Part shown: positions 1 to 11,193 of the stretch, piece by piece | Layout of the letters: every line of letters starts with the position of its first letter | Position numbering within the stretch: the first letter of the stretch is position 1 | Source: Podarcis vaucheri | Lineage: Eukaryota | Length of the DNA stretch: 64,000 nt | Reading direction: 5' to 3' (one strand) | Assembly: GCA_965113315.1 (NCBI GenBank) | Contig: OZ220365.1 | The notes under the pieces: generated by a model | Seen by the model: only the letters and a program-made list of their open reading frames with translations | The model's database searches: none | What the model was told of the DNA's origin: nothing | Translations under genes and position numbers: made by a program

Positions 1-453
1 CTACAGCTTAGCCCAGTGAGGACTGTCCCTCTGAATGTCCTTTGGGCCACTATCTCCCCCCCCCAGCCATCTATATATGGGCAAGCCTGCCCTGCCTACA
101 AGGATGTGCAGGGAGCTAACCAAGTGGCAGTCCCCTGGGCACAGTGCCCTCCCCCATTGTCCTGCCCATCCTCCAAGATCTCACAGCTGCTGGAGGTGTT
201 GCAGCTTTTGTTTTATTGGCTCCACAGATAGATTGACATGGGAGTCTTGTTGCTGCCTGTCTTTCATTATTAAACATGCCATTTTAATAGGAATTAGAAA
301 TAGATTTTTGTTACCATAGGCTCAAGGCATTCACTTTTTGTAAAAGGCATCTGTAGTCATTTGCTCTGAGTCATAACATTTATTAGATGTCTCTTAGGGG
401 ATTGAACTGCTATTGGATTTTTAAAAATACTTTAAAAGCATTTGACTGACTCT

Positions 454-456
<3 letters not shown>

Positions 457-505
<49 letters not shown>
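457..505. repeat. (TA)n microsatellite, left flank of palindromic insert
   Basis: Pure TA dinucleotide run seen directly. Confidence 0.98.
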
Positions 506-508
<3 letters not shown>

Positions 509-770
509 GGTTTTGGTATCTTCGGGTGTCTTCCCGTGTAAGAGTAGGGGTGTCTGGGCGACGTTTCGACGAGGTCTCACTCGTCATCTTCAGGCTGGTG
601 CTTTCGGCTTCTTGTTACTGGAAGTTCCAGTAACAAGAAGCCGAAAGCACCAGCCTGAAGATGACGAGTGAGACCTCGTCGAAACGTCGCCCAGACACCC
701 CTACTCTTACACGGGAAGACACCCGAAGATACCAAAACCTGCATTCCTGTACCCGTGAAAATCTACGAAA

Positions 771-772
<2 letters not shown>
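504..772 (+). mobile_element. Penelope-like retroelement terminus with inverted duplication (241-bp palindrome plus 28-bp unpaired tail)
   Basis: 504-623 is the exact reverse complement of 625-744 (1-nt spacer at 624). It contains a CTGAAGA..GAAA hammerhead core. Inverted pseudo-LTR arrangements with hammerheads are typical of Penelope-like elements. Confidence 0.75.
653..690 (+). ncRNA. minimal type I hammerhead ribozyme motif (mirror copy on - strand at 558-595)
   Basis: CTGAAGA (655-661), stem II GACGAG/CTCGTC (663-668/675-680), GAAA (681-684), then C-GTC cleavage triplet (686-688). Stem III is palindromic with no loop; stem I is only about 2 bp. Confidence 0.65.

Positions 773-816
<44 letters not shown>
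773..816. repeat. (AT)n microsatellite, right flank of palindromic insert
   Basis: Pure AT run seen directly. Confidence 0.98.
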
Positions 817-818
<2 letters not shown>

Positions 819-2030
819 AACATTAGGAAAGCCTAATTATAAATTGTTCTTTATTTCACAAAATTGCCTGCTGCAACAGCCACACCAGGAGATGAAGCAG
901 ATTTCCAAATTCAGAGATTGTTAAAAAGGTGCTTTTAATAAAACACAACTAAATGGCTGGCTTAGGAAGCAAGATACCAATCAGGAGAAAATGAATCTCC
1001 TCTCGGAGACCCATAAAAGCTCTATGAGGCTATATCCAACAATAGTCTCTATTTGCTTCACCATGGCATACCATGGAAAAGGCTTGGACCAGGGAGAAGG
1101 GAGGCTGCATGGACAAGCTGATCCTCTGCTCTTGTATACTGGGTGCCCATGACATGCAACAGGTGTGGAAGGTGGAGCCAGAATCAGCAGTGTGGATGGA
1201 GCAGGAACATTAAGGAGCTCTGAAAGCCCAGCAAAGCTCCAGAACCAACTTCTATGATCACTGTCCTCCCATGATCATCTTTCTGGTCACTGCCTGTGCC
1301 TGGGTGATGGCTTACAGCTAGCTTTTTCACCTTTCTCCTGAGTAGGTCTTTCCTTCCAGGTAGCTCCTGTACTGACAGCCAAACAGAGGGTCCTCCTGCG
1401 GCTCTGGGTTGCCACCATTCTCCTGAGACCTTGGGGGTAGGGAGAAATAGGGTTCTAGGTTAGACATTTTAAATACCTGTGTTGCCAATGACCAGTTTGC
1501 AAATTAAGCTCCCGTCTGGAAAATCAGCAGGATTCAAGGGCAAAAGCCTAGGACAAAATAATTGCTATCAAAGTATACAAGCATGGGCATTCCACAAGTG
1601 GTGGGGGGCATAAAGTAGAACCTCTCTCTGAGAAAGTTTAGACCAGTTTCCCTGTTTCTGTGGGGACATTAGAAACTCTGTGATCAGGAAAATTTGAGTT
1701 TCTCTGCCCTGTCTCTCCAAAGGAAGAGGTGGGAAGCTGCATGGAAGAAATGCAAGAATCCTACTTTGAGGCATGGTTCCTACTTCCCTATGGAGCCCCC
1801 AACACCCCCACTCCCTTCTTAACCTGCATAGGTCATTGCAGTCATTATTGTCCTATAAAATGTTTCATGTGGTGGCTGCCTGTTTATTAACTACGGTGAC
1901 ATATTTTGGGAACTGGCACTCCAATATGCACATGCCTTCTTCCTTTCTTATGGTTGGGTTAATATGAACACAATATTCGACTCAAGGCCTCTGGGTCTCC
2001 TTTCTTTCCAAGGATAATAGTGTTGTGTTG

Positions 2031-2163
2031 CAGTAGTAGATAGGTAGCCGTGTTGGTCTGCCATAGTCAAAATAAAAAAATTCCTTCCAGTAGCACCTTA
2101 AAGACCAACTAAGTTAGTTCTTGGTATGAGCTTTCGTGTGCATGCACACTTCTTCAGATACAC
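2031..2163 (-). mobile_element. short Penelope-like non-autonomous insert with hammerhead motif
   Basis: 12-bp TSD AGTGTTGTGTTG at 2019-2030 and 2164-2175; second copy at 45779-45923. Confidence 0.8.
2124..2161 (-). ncRNA. minimal hammerhead ribozyme motif
   Basis: Minus strand reads GTAT-CTGAAGA-A-GTGTGCATGCACAC-GAAA-GCTC-ATAC: stem I GTAT/ATAC, intact core, palindromic stems II and III, CUC triplet. Confidence 0.75.
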
Positions 2164-2177
2164 AGTGTTGTGTTGGA

Positions 2178-2310
2178 CAGGGATGGAGAACCTGTAGCCC
2201 TCCAGTTGTTCCTAGACTACAACTCTCCGTCATCCCTGACCGTTGGACATCCTGTCATGGGCTGATGACAGCTGGAGTCCAACCACATCTGCAGGGCCAC
2301 AGGCTCCCTA
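2178..2310. mobile_element. degenerate hAT-type palindromic MITE
   Basis: Resembles the 136-bp MITEs at 32789 and 61436 (gccctccag..gactacaact..catccctgacc..catctgcagggcc). Confidence 0.6.
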
Positions 2311-3369
2311 ATCTTCATGCAGGAACTTGCAAGGAAAGGAAGGGGGAATTCTGTTTACCATCCATAGCACAAGAAGCCCACAGAAATGCAGAAAAGTGAG
2401 GAGGCCAGTTCTTTGCAGTAGCTGTTTTCTTTTACCGTAGGCACGTTTCCAGCATCGTCTTTTGATGAAGAGAATGAATAACAGCCTGTTCTTTCATGTC
2501 TTTTCTTTGATCACATGCCAATTTCCATTATGATAATAGGGGAACCATCTCTCTACTGCAGAGCAAATGACAGGATAGAGGAAAGGGGGAGGGGACAGGC
2601 AGCCCAAGAGGCACTTGAGCAACAAGACACATTCTGCTTTGATATGGAGCCTGGTTGACCATTTTAGCATGCATTGGCAGCTAATGTGTTTTCAGAATTT
2701 CCTTACCTCTTGATAGGAATATATACAAGGACCATGCTACTTTATGCTAAGAGAGTTTATTCCAGGGTAGTTTGATCCTTTGTATGGACTCCTGAGCCCA
2801 TACTGGGCATTCATCTCTAATATGTAGGGGAAGAAATGGTGCCATGCTCAATACCCCACCCCCCATCCTCATCTCTCTGGCCTCACAGACTGCACCCTCA
2901 GACCTTCACATGTAGCTTCCATTGAGAAAACGGCATGACAAACCTGTTCAGTGTACCTGTTCATATATCTGCCTTTGTGTACATGTGCTGGAAGGCTATG
3001 CTTGGTTTAGGAAATTAGTGTAGTGTCTTAGTAGTTAAAAAACTAAGCTGAGAACTGAAAAGTACTTGTTTTAAATCCCACAGATGACGACAGTTCAATG
3101 GATGGTGTTAGACAAGTTGCTGTCTTTCATTCATAGTCTCCTTCTGCAATTGGTCCCTGTAACAGTGAACTCAGTTGCTGAATGCCAACAGAGCAAAAAT
3201 AGTGCCACTGAAAAAAACAAGAGGGTCTGAGAGAGGTAACAGGGTGCTCAAGAGAACCCTGAGATTGCCAGTGTAAAATAAAAATTAAAAATACCAGCAA
3301 CTAAGAGGACCAAAGGTCAATGAGGATTCCGCATATTTAGGAGTTGAGTACAAAACTGTATGTAGGGAT

Positions 3370-3946
3370 AGTAGGTGGAATGACCTGTTTGAGTGCCTTA
3401 CATCTTGGGTGCCAAGGCCCGATGAACCGAAGTTCCCTAATGGATAATAAACACACACGGACACGAGTATTTAGGTTTATGGGTTCAAATAGGCCACAAC
3501 TATATTGGATACAGATGTAAGCGGTTTGGCTTAGGCATTGGCTATATCTTGACTATACTTGTCTGCAGGGAGTCCATCTAAGGGTAAACCACCGATAGGG
3601 TGAGCCCTATGACTTACATCAAATAGGGGCACTACGAGGGGTCCCCGTTGGGGTCATGGCATAGCCCTAGCCCACTTCTGGGCATCAGACAGAATCCACA
3701 CTCCTGGATCCCTTTAACAGGATACCCTTAATGAGGAGGGGCAGGCAGAGGCTACAACCTCTCTTCCATACAAACAAAGGCTTACCCAATGCCTAACTGA
3801 GAGGAGGGCTCCCCGGCCACACTGCGGTTTATATTTCCCTTGGCCACACCTCCTGCTGGCACTGATTGGACAATGGGACCATCCCTGAGTGGGGCCCCAC
3901 CCAGCACCAGCAACACCGCCCACCAGAAAAGGTGAGTGGGCTTACA
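3370..3946 (-). mobile_element. solo LTR
   Basis: Minus strand starts TGTAAG, then CCAAT box, TATAAA (~3827-3832) and an AATATA-GTTGTGGCC polyA-like signal (~3493-3507). Possible GGAT TSD (3366-3369/3947-3950); left boundary uncertain. Confidence 0.6.
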
Positions 3947-3954
3947 GGATCCTG

Positions 3955-4290
3955 AGAATCAAAACAAAGCCATTTTACAAAATTCACACTTCTCTGAACT
4001 TCACAATGCAGTTTTCTCATCAACCCGTGTTTGCAAAAAAATCACATATTAGGGGAAAGTGTGCATAAGAATGCACATGCTAGTGAAAAATAGCATTAAA
4101 AGGCATTATATTAAGGAAAATGCCTTGCAAAAACATTACTTAAAACTGCATTTAAGAGGTTTAATTAGAAGAAATTCGCACTAAGATGCTGGTGATTTTT
4201 TGTAAATAGCTGCAGAAATGTGGAGAACTGAATATAAGAGTGGAAAAATGAGGCCATACGAGAACCAAAATGGATAGGTCCCTCCACCCC
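3955..4290. mobile_element. old AT-rich DNA transposon fragment (same family as 36324-37103 and ~25930-26033)
   Basis: Shared segments such as aaatgtggagaactgaa..aaga..gaaaa and aaatggatag recur at three loci in the window. Confidence 0.55.
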
Positions 4291-5331
4291 AAGTCATAAT
4301 AAGTGCAGAATTGTCTATATACATGCTAAATATTATAACTGACCTTGGGTTTCCAAGTGAACTTTCCACATGTGCAAACAAAACCCTCACATAATTAGAC
4401 GTGATGTATGCACAAATTTCATGCAAAACTCTACATGTGAATTACTGTGGTGTTGGTAATCTTTAACATGTGAAGCAACCATTGGCTGATATTGTTATGT
4501 ACATTCCTCCAGTTGTCTAACTGTCCCTGGTTATTTCTATTAAAATTCACACAAACCTTTCGTAATACTGTACAACTTTGTCTGAATTTCTTCTTTATTG
4601 TGGTTGGCAAAGTATAGGTTTTTATTACTATATTCTCCCCTGTCCTGGGAATAAACGCTGCTTATTTTGTGCTCTCTTGTATTAATGCAGATTTCCATTA
4701 TTTCCATGGAGACTTGGCTGGTGTTTGTTTTTACCTAAGAGAGAAAGGAAGAAAGCCACAGGCAGACCTTATTCATGTTCATGCTGTTCCACAAAGGACA
4801 GGAGGGAATTCTGTGCACTTTCAAGTTGAAGACTCAAAAGTAACAAAAAAACAGATTTTCATTTCCAGCAATAAGATTAGAAGTGAGTATTGTTGGGCAG
4901 AGCAAAAACATTTGTTTTAAAAGCAGTTTTGCATTCAGGCTCCATGTGCCAGGCTTGGCAACTGGCAATCTATCATATTTTGAGGCTTTTAGAGAAATGT
5001 GCTTTTCTGTTCTGGCAGACTAAGCTCTGATTTGTCTAAATCCTGCTGAAAAGTGTTTTTTAAACTAGTGAAACGCCCACAGCTGATACCACCTTCGCTA
5101 AAGCAAAACTCAGAGCAATGCTCAGAATAATAAAGCTTCCATTCAGTCATTATATCCCCCCATAGAAAAATCAATCTTTATGTGACAGTTGTACACACAG
5201 AAAGAATAGTTTTATTATTTTCGAAGTAGTAGCAGGCAATCATTCATCATAGCATCTATCTTCCGACTTGTTTATCTAGCTTATTACTTCATAGTTTCTG
5301 TGCTTTCTTGTATTAATGCAGATTCCCATTA

Positions 5332-5625
5332 CCGTAGATTCCGGCGTATTAGGCGACTGGATGTATTAGACAACCCCCCAAATTGGCAGGTGCAATTTGG
5401 GGGTTCGTCTTATAAGCCCAGTTGCCTAATAAGCTGGGCAGCTCTATGCCGGGAGAAAGCCGCCCGGCGTAGAGCGGAGCACGCCACCCCTGCTGCTGCT
5501 TCTGATGCTTCTGAGCCGCCACAGCAGCAGCGGGGGGGGGCGGATACCCGGCGTATAAGACGACCACCAACTTTTTAACCTCTTTTCCGGGGTTAAAAAT
5601 TCATCTTATACGCCGGAATTTACGG
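5332..5625. mobile_element. Tc1/mariner (pogo/Tigger-like) MITE
   Basis: TIRs CCGTAGATTCCGGCGTAT / ATACGCCGGAATTTACGG; TA duplications at 5330-5331 and 5626-5627; CpG-rich. Confidence 0.9.
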
Positions 5626-5888
5626 TATTTCCAATTTTACAAGCATTGGCAAGATTTGGGGATGCAGCAGTTGCCCAAGTTTGTCTTTCCTTTGGAAGGA
5701 GGTCACTGGAAGTTTACAGTGTAAATGTAGTATTTTAGTTAATTTGCAAATAAACTGATTGTTTGTAAGTGAAGGCACAGCTTAAACTCTTCAGTAGACT
5801 ACCAGAGGATGTAGCCAGCATCCCAGAATGCTTTTAGCTCACAGAATCCATACTCAGCTCTCTCTTGCTCTCTCTGTCAGACTATAAT

Positions 5889-6139
5889 CAGGGGTCAGCA
5901 AACTTTTTCAGCAGGGGGCCAGTCCACTGTCCCTCAGACCTTGTGGGGGGCCAGACTATATTTTGAAGGAAAAAAATGAACAAATTCCTATGCCCCACAA
6001 GTAACCCAGAGATGCATTTTAAATAAAATCACACATTCTACTCATGTAAAAACATGCTGATTCCTGGACAGTCTGCGGGCCAGATATAGAAGGCAATTGG
6101 GCCGGATCTGGCCCCCGGGCCTTAATCTGCCTATCCATG
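5889..6139. mobile_element. hAT (Charlie-like) MITE
   Basis: Starts CAGGGGTCAGCAAACT and ends TGCCTATCCATG; subterminal GGGCC motifs; imperfect TSD around a CTAG/CTAT core. Confidence 0.75.
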
Positions 6140-7375
6140 GACTAGATGTTACTTTAGCTCCATAAGTGCACCCTCAAGTTTAGGGTGTTTTTGTTTATGC
6201 AAATTATCAGTGCTACCCCCACCCCATGCATATTAGGATTCTAGCATGGAGGGAGGTAATAAATCTAAGGAGGCAATCATATAAATTAGTATATGTAAGT
6301 TTTATGTGAACCTGTACTTTCTATTGTGCTTTTTGCAGCAATGCAACCCTGTCCACAATACACATATCTGTCTCTTTCTCTCGGATATGCATACACACAG
6401 ACACACACCCACACACCAGGAGGATTGAATTAATACACTGTATGTGTGCATTTTGTGAAGAGGGAAGATGCTGATTGCATGCTATCTGTACACTGGCCAG
6501 AAAGCATTGGAAATACGGGTTTTTATTAATTCATCATACGTGCCTGAATAATCAAGGCATATACAGCAGTCACCGCTAATTAAAGGAAGCTGTTAACTTT
6601 CAATACTGGGCAGGAAAGAAGTTACTTATTCAAGGTTGCATAAAAGAGCTATCGGAAGCATAAAGTAAAAAATCATAAAATCCAGATCAAATGGCCAATA
6701 CTGAATCAAATTAATTATCTGAAAACACTTGGTGTTTACAGAATTTAGGGAATTTACATTTCTGATTTCATAACTAAGGAATAAGAAAATAATGTCTCCA
6801 GGCAGCCCTCCATTTAAGTACCAATATTCCGTTGGTCGTGTTTGTGATAATTTTAGGTCATGGATATACATCCACAAACTAACATATGTACAAACAGGAT
6901 AGTTTCAAAAACGTTAGCTTCAGAATCCCTGACAATTATATTAAGACATAAAGATAGCACAAATGAAATTAAAGTATATGGTACAATTTGTTTTTGATAT
7001 GTATTAATAAAATAAAAAATTGAGGGTGGGGGAGAAAGGCAAATAATACTTTGTTCTAGCTAGAGAAAACATTAGGACTGAGTCATGAGAAGGGAATGAT
7101 TTTTTTAAAAAGGATTTTATTTGCTTTTCATAATACATTGCAATAACAGACAAACTAATCTGAGCAAAAAGAAAAATGCAAAGTCCTCTCTCTCAGGTAG
7201 ATCTTTACCCTTGTCCCACACAGAAAGAAGTGAACCTTCCCAGCTCTCACCTGGGATCTTCAAGGAGAAGATTTGTGTTATGTACTGAAGTTCTCACCCT
7301 TGGCCAGCAGGGGATACTGTAGATAGTTTTCACTCAGGTCCACATATGTAAATAAGGGATTGAAAGTGATGTTCA

Positions 7376-8107
7376 GTGATTGACAAAAAAACAGGATTCC
7401 AGGTGGAAAAATCGAAACTTGAGACAGAGTTGTTAGAACCAAAGACCAAGTTATTATCGAGAATGTATAACTTGCTGCTTAAATGGAACACTCAGGATGA
7501 GACAGTTAAATCAGCTATGATAAAATGGGCTCAGGACATTGGTTATAATATCATGTCTGAAGACTGGGAGAGGTTATGGACCACCGGTATGAAGTTTACT
7601 GCATGCAATGCTCTGAAAGAAAATATTATGAAAATGGTATACAGGTGGTACATGACCCCGGTCAAGCTGGCTAAGATATACCATTTGTCCGATAATAAAT
7701 GTTGGAAATGTAAGGAAGCTGAGGGGACATTCTTTCACCTTTGGTGGACTTGTCCAAGATTGAAGGCCTTCTGGGAAATGATCTATAACGAGTTAAAAAA
7801 GGTGTTTAAGTACACCTTCCCCAAGAAACCGGAGGCCTTCCTTCTGGGCATTGTCGGCCAGAAGGTGTTAAAGAAGGATAGAACTTTTTTCATGTATGCT
7901 ACTACAGCAGCAAGAATTCTTATTGCTAAGCATTGGAAGACTCAAGATTTGCCCACACTGGAGGACTGGCAGACGCAATTGATGAACTACATGGAACTAG
8001 CCGAGATGACTGCAAGGATCCGAGATTTGGGAGAAGTGGTAATGGAGGAGGATTGGAAAAAATTTAAGGACTATCTGCAAAAGTATTATAAGTTATATGA
8101 ATCTTAA
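7376..8107 (+). CDS. L1 ORF2 C-terminal region (zf-RVT-type zinc finger); truncated, no genuine start codon
   Basis: 243 uninterrupted codons containing CWKC-x8-H-x4-C (CWKCKEAEGTFFHLWWTCP..FW) and AARILIAKHWK, typical of non-mammalian vertebrate L1 ORF2 C-termini. Confidence 0.85.
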   Translation: MIDKKTGFQVEKSKLETELLEPKTKLLSRMYNLLLKWNTQDETVKSAMIKWAQDIGYNIMSEDWERLWTTGMKFTACNALKENIMKMVYRWYMTPVKLAKIYHLSDNKCWKCKEAEGTFFHLWWTCPRLKAFWEMIYNELKKVFKYTFPKKPEAFLLGIVGQKVLKKDRTFFMYATTAARILIAKHWKTQDLPTLEDWQTQLMNYMELAEMTARIRDLGEVVMEEDWKKFKDYLQKYYKLYES

Positions 8108-8499
8108 GATGCCGTATGACTTGGAATGTTAGCCCCAGCAACGAAAGTGGAGTATATATGAAATTGGATAATATTTATGAAAAAATCAAAGTTTAAATGG
8201 GTAAAAATGACAATGGGTTATATTTTAAGAGTAAATGGAAAATAAGAGATTTAAACTTAAACTGCAATTGAAAGTACAAAGAAACACATGAAACAAGGTT
8301 ATAATTTGCTGATAACTTTATTGTCAAGAATGCATTATGTGGGAGATGTGGGGAAGTCCGATAGAAATCTGAAATAAGTTCTTGAAATGGATGTGATTTT
8401 CTGTTTTTTCTTTCTTTCTATTCTCTATGTTCTTTCTCTTTTCTGTTTTATCTGCAATTTGGAAAAAAAATGCAATAAAAATTATTATAAAAAAAAATA
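7383..8499 (+). mobile_element. 5'-truncated young L1-clade LINE
   Basis: 22-bp direct repeat TGAAAGTGATGTTCAGTGATTG at 7361-7382 and 8500-8521; AATAAA at 8474 followed by an A-rich tail; open ORF2 C-terminus. Confidence 0.92.
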
Positions 8500-8914
8500 T
8501 GAAAGTGATGTTCAGTGATTGGATAGTTACAGGAATTTGTTACAGTTGTGTTGTAGTGGAGCTCTATATAAGCAGGCTGGCTGAACCCTTCAGTTCAGTT
8601 CTGTTCTGGCCTGTGAATAAACAGGAGCCGTTTGAAGAATCGCTATGTAGTCTTATATGTTCACCCACAGCTTAACAATTTGAAAGCTGAGTTAGAACCA
8701 AAAGGAGTTAAAAGGAGCAAGGAAAAACAAAATATTTCAATAACTGGGGGGAGGGGGAGGACATGCCAGCATTGGATGGGTAATACATTTCAAAGGGCAC
8801 TGTTGGTAAATACATGTACTGAATCATACATGATAAGTGAAGGTATATGAAGGAAAACAATAGCATGGGGAAGCTTAATATCTGTATAATTTTAGATTAT
8901 GATTAAAATGTCTT

Positions 8915-9200
8915 AATGGCAAATGTATCTCTCTTAATATGAATGGCTTACATCACTCAGTCATGAGGAACAAGATCTCCTGGCAGATAAAAAGACAAGA
9001 AGCAAGTGGTGTATGTCCAGAGTAAATACACATAGCATAGAAAGACAGTCATTTATTGGGAAGATTCATAAAAGTCAGCTATATCATTTATGTGCGTATA
9101 ATAAAACCAAAGGAGTTGCTATGGTGGTCTTGCGGGAGCAGGATATGGGAATGTAAAGATCAATACAGAAAGATTGAAGGAAGATATTTGACAAAAGAAA
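8915..9200 (+). pseudogene. decayed L1 APE endonuclease N-terminus
   Basis: Translates across frameshifts to CISLNMNGL..RNKI, KTKGVAM and EGRYL, matching the S-x-N-V-N-G-L, KRGVAI and D-x-EGRY endonuclease motifs. Confidence 0.6.
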
Positions 9201-10269
9201 GGATCACTGGCCTCTTGGGGCTATTTCAGACTGTGTTTTATTTCAGGTGTATTCTGACCCATATTCTTGACACAATAATAGTGGTAGATTTATTTTGCTT
9301 TTATTAGTTTTTCTGTGATGCTGCCCCAATGCTTCCACATTATTGCCCTCCAGGCGGTGGGGGCCAATGATGCAACAAAAGTGGGACAAAAATAAACCAG
9401 AACGTTTGTGGTATAAAAAGTTATAGGATACAGCAGAAAGTGACAGGATATTGCCCTATTAAAAATGAAGCAGTGTGACCTGCATCAAAAGAGCCAAACA
9501 GTATCGACACTGTTTGTGACCACACCAATAGTATCATGAGCACAAATAATCACAAATTAGCAAGAGAAAGGATGTCTGGAGGGGGTTTGTGTAGAGTGGC
9601 AATCGATACAAATCACCTGTCTGGGGTAATTAATAAAAGAATTGGCTGGATCCCTAAATTCAAAGTGTGGTGCTGAACACACTCTCCAGCAAGAGAGAAC
9701 CCTCCAGCAGAGTTTAAAAGTCGCAGAAGCAAGCAGCAATGTAGCATGGGAATAACAGGCTGTTAGACCTTTTTAATATGCCATTTTAGTCCCCTTACAG
9801 TGTTTCCCTTCTCTACCCCTCTCACAAGGAACAGACCACAGCATTAGTAAGTTTAAATGCTTTACTTGCAAACTACAATGGTCAGGTTCATGTGTTATTT
9901 CATGCAGCAGCAAGTAAACACAAGCAAAATTCTTGGGATACAAAATATAATGAAATAGCTCTAAGCACACGGTCTGAGCTTGTAGCGAGCAGCCTCAGGC
10001 ACATCCTATCTTGGTGAGTTTACACGGTAAACTGTGAGTGAACAAAGAAGTTTCACTTCCTTCTTCATTGGAGGTAAGGAGGTGTGACCTAGTCAAGTCT
10101 AGCAACAACAGTTTACTCTGTGGTCTTAACCCCTTCATGCATTAACTGGAGCTACACGTGCTAGTTATATGGGACTGCAAGTTATCCCACAGTTTATGGA
10201 TTTCTCTGTTGAAGCTGTGTATGCACCAAATCATTTAGTAGCAAAAAAAATTCACTAGTTAACCAAAGA

Positions 10270-10880
10270 TATCTAGAAATTTGTAAGAGGGGAAATGATA
10301 ATGGCAAGAGATTTCAACATGGTTTTGGATTCACATAAGTATAAATCTGTTGTAAGAGGTATAAATATATGGTGTGATATGAATCCTAATAAAAAGGATT
10401 ATATTTCAAATTCAATAAAAAGTAACACATATTAAAGGATGTACTATTTATATACTTTATGTATTATATATGTATTTGTGCTGTAGATGTACTATAGATG
10501 TATCTATAGTTTGCCTTTCCAAGGTTTCCAAGCAAAACTGATATTAAATTTCATGCCCCAGTGAATATTGAGTGGTGTATGATTATTGGAAACAACTCGT
10601 ATGATAACAGATATTACAGTGATAAGATTAAGTCCTAAACTGATTTTATTTAATTAGATTGAGGCTGATATCCCAAAGGGCATGAAATCCTTAATTAATT
10701 TATTAATTTCAGCAATAAAAAATAATAAAAAAATCCGAGATAGGTAAATTAATATATATGATACACAGGAGAAATGATAGTATCAAGAATACTATGCTTG
10801 TTGAAATGTGGAATGAGTTATGAAATTTTACGGTTCAATAGGGGTTTGTGTAAATAGTGGAATGTATAATATATATTAAT
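10270..10880 (+). pseudogene. decayed L1 fragments (endonuclease plus C-terminal remnants)
   Basis: GEMIMARDFNMVLDS resembles the GDFN endonuclease motif; the AT-rich remainder matches only weakly. Confidence 0.45.
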
Positions 10881-10965
10881 GTACCTCTTCCACCAGGCTT
10901 TTGGATGAGAGAAACTGTTTATTAATCTATTAATATTTTGATGCTGCAACTATTGAGTTATAATT

Positions 10966-11193
10966 GGGTTGCATTCAGCATAGTCCCATTGGGGCAAGGA
11001 CTTCCACTTGCGCAACTGAACTACCATTCCCTCTTCTCTCCCCGCACACACCCGCATACCCCACACCCCAATTTTTCTTCAGAATCTTGGGTAACCCCAG
11101 AATGGATTTGGCGACTGCATAAGGGGATCAGAGGAAGGGGAAGTGCAAACAGAAGCCTCTGAGCAAATGAAACACCTTCTCTAGATACAACCC
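10966..11193. mobile_element. palindromic MITE, PIF/Harbinger-like
   Basis: GGGTTGCAT.../...ATACAACCC termini flanked by 3-bp ATT on both sides. Confidence 0.55.

Larger units (their letters stand above)
7276..8677 (+). mobile_element. solo LTR interrupted by an L1 insertion
   Basis: TGTTA...TAACA ends; 5-bp TSD ATTTG at 7271-7275 and 8678-8682; TATATAA (~8565) and AATAAA (~8616) in the right half. Confidence 0.9.

Noticed and set aside
442-924. ORFs 442-633 and 661-924 as proteins
   Set aside because: They are held open by (TA)n (IY repeats) and the palindromic insert; no recognisable domain.
6626-6877. Minus-strand 83-aa ORF or L1 endonuclease remnant
   Set aside because: Only a vague W-x-L-N resemblance in AT-rich sequence; not enough support.
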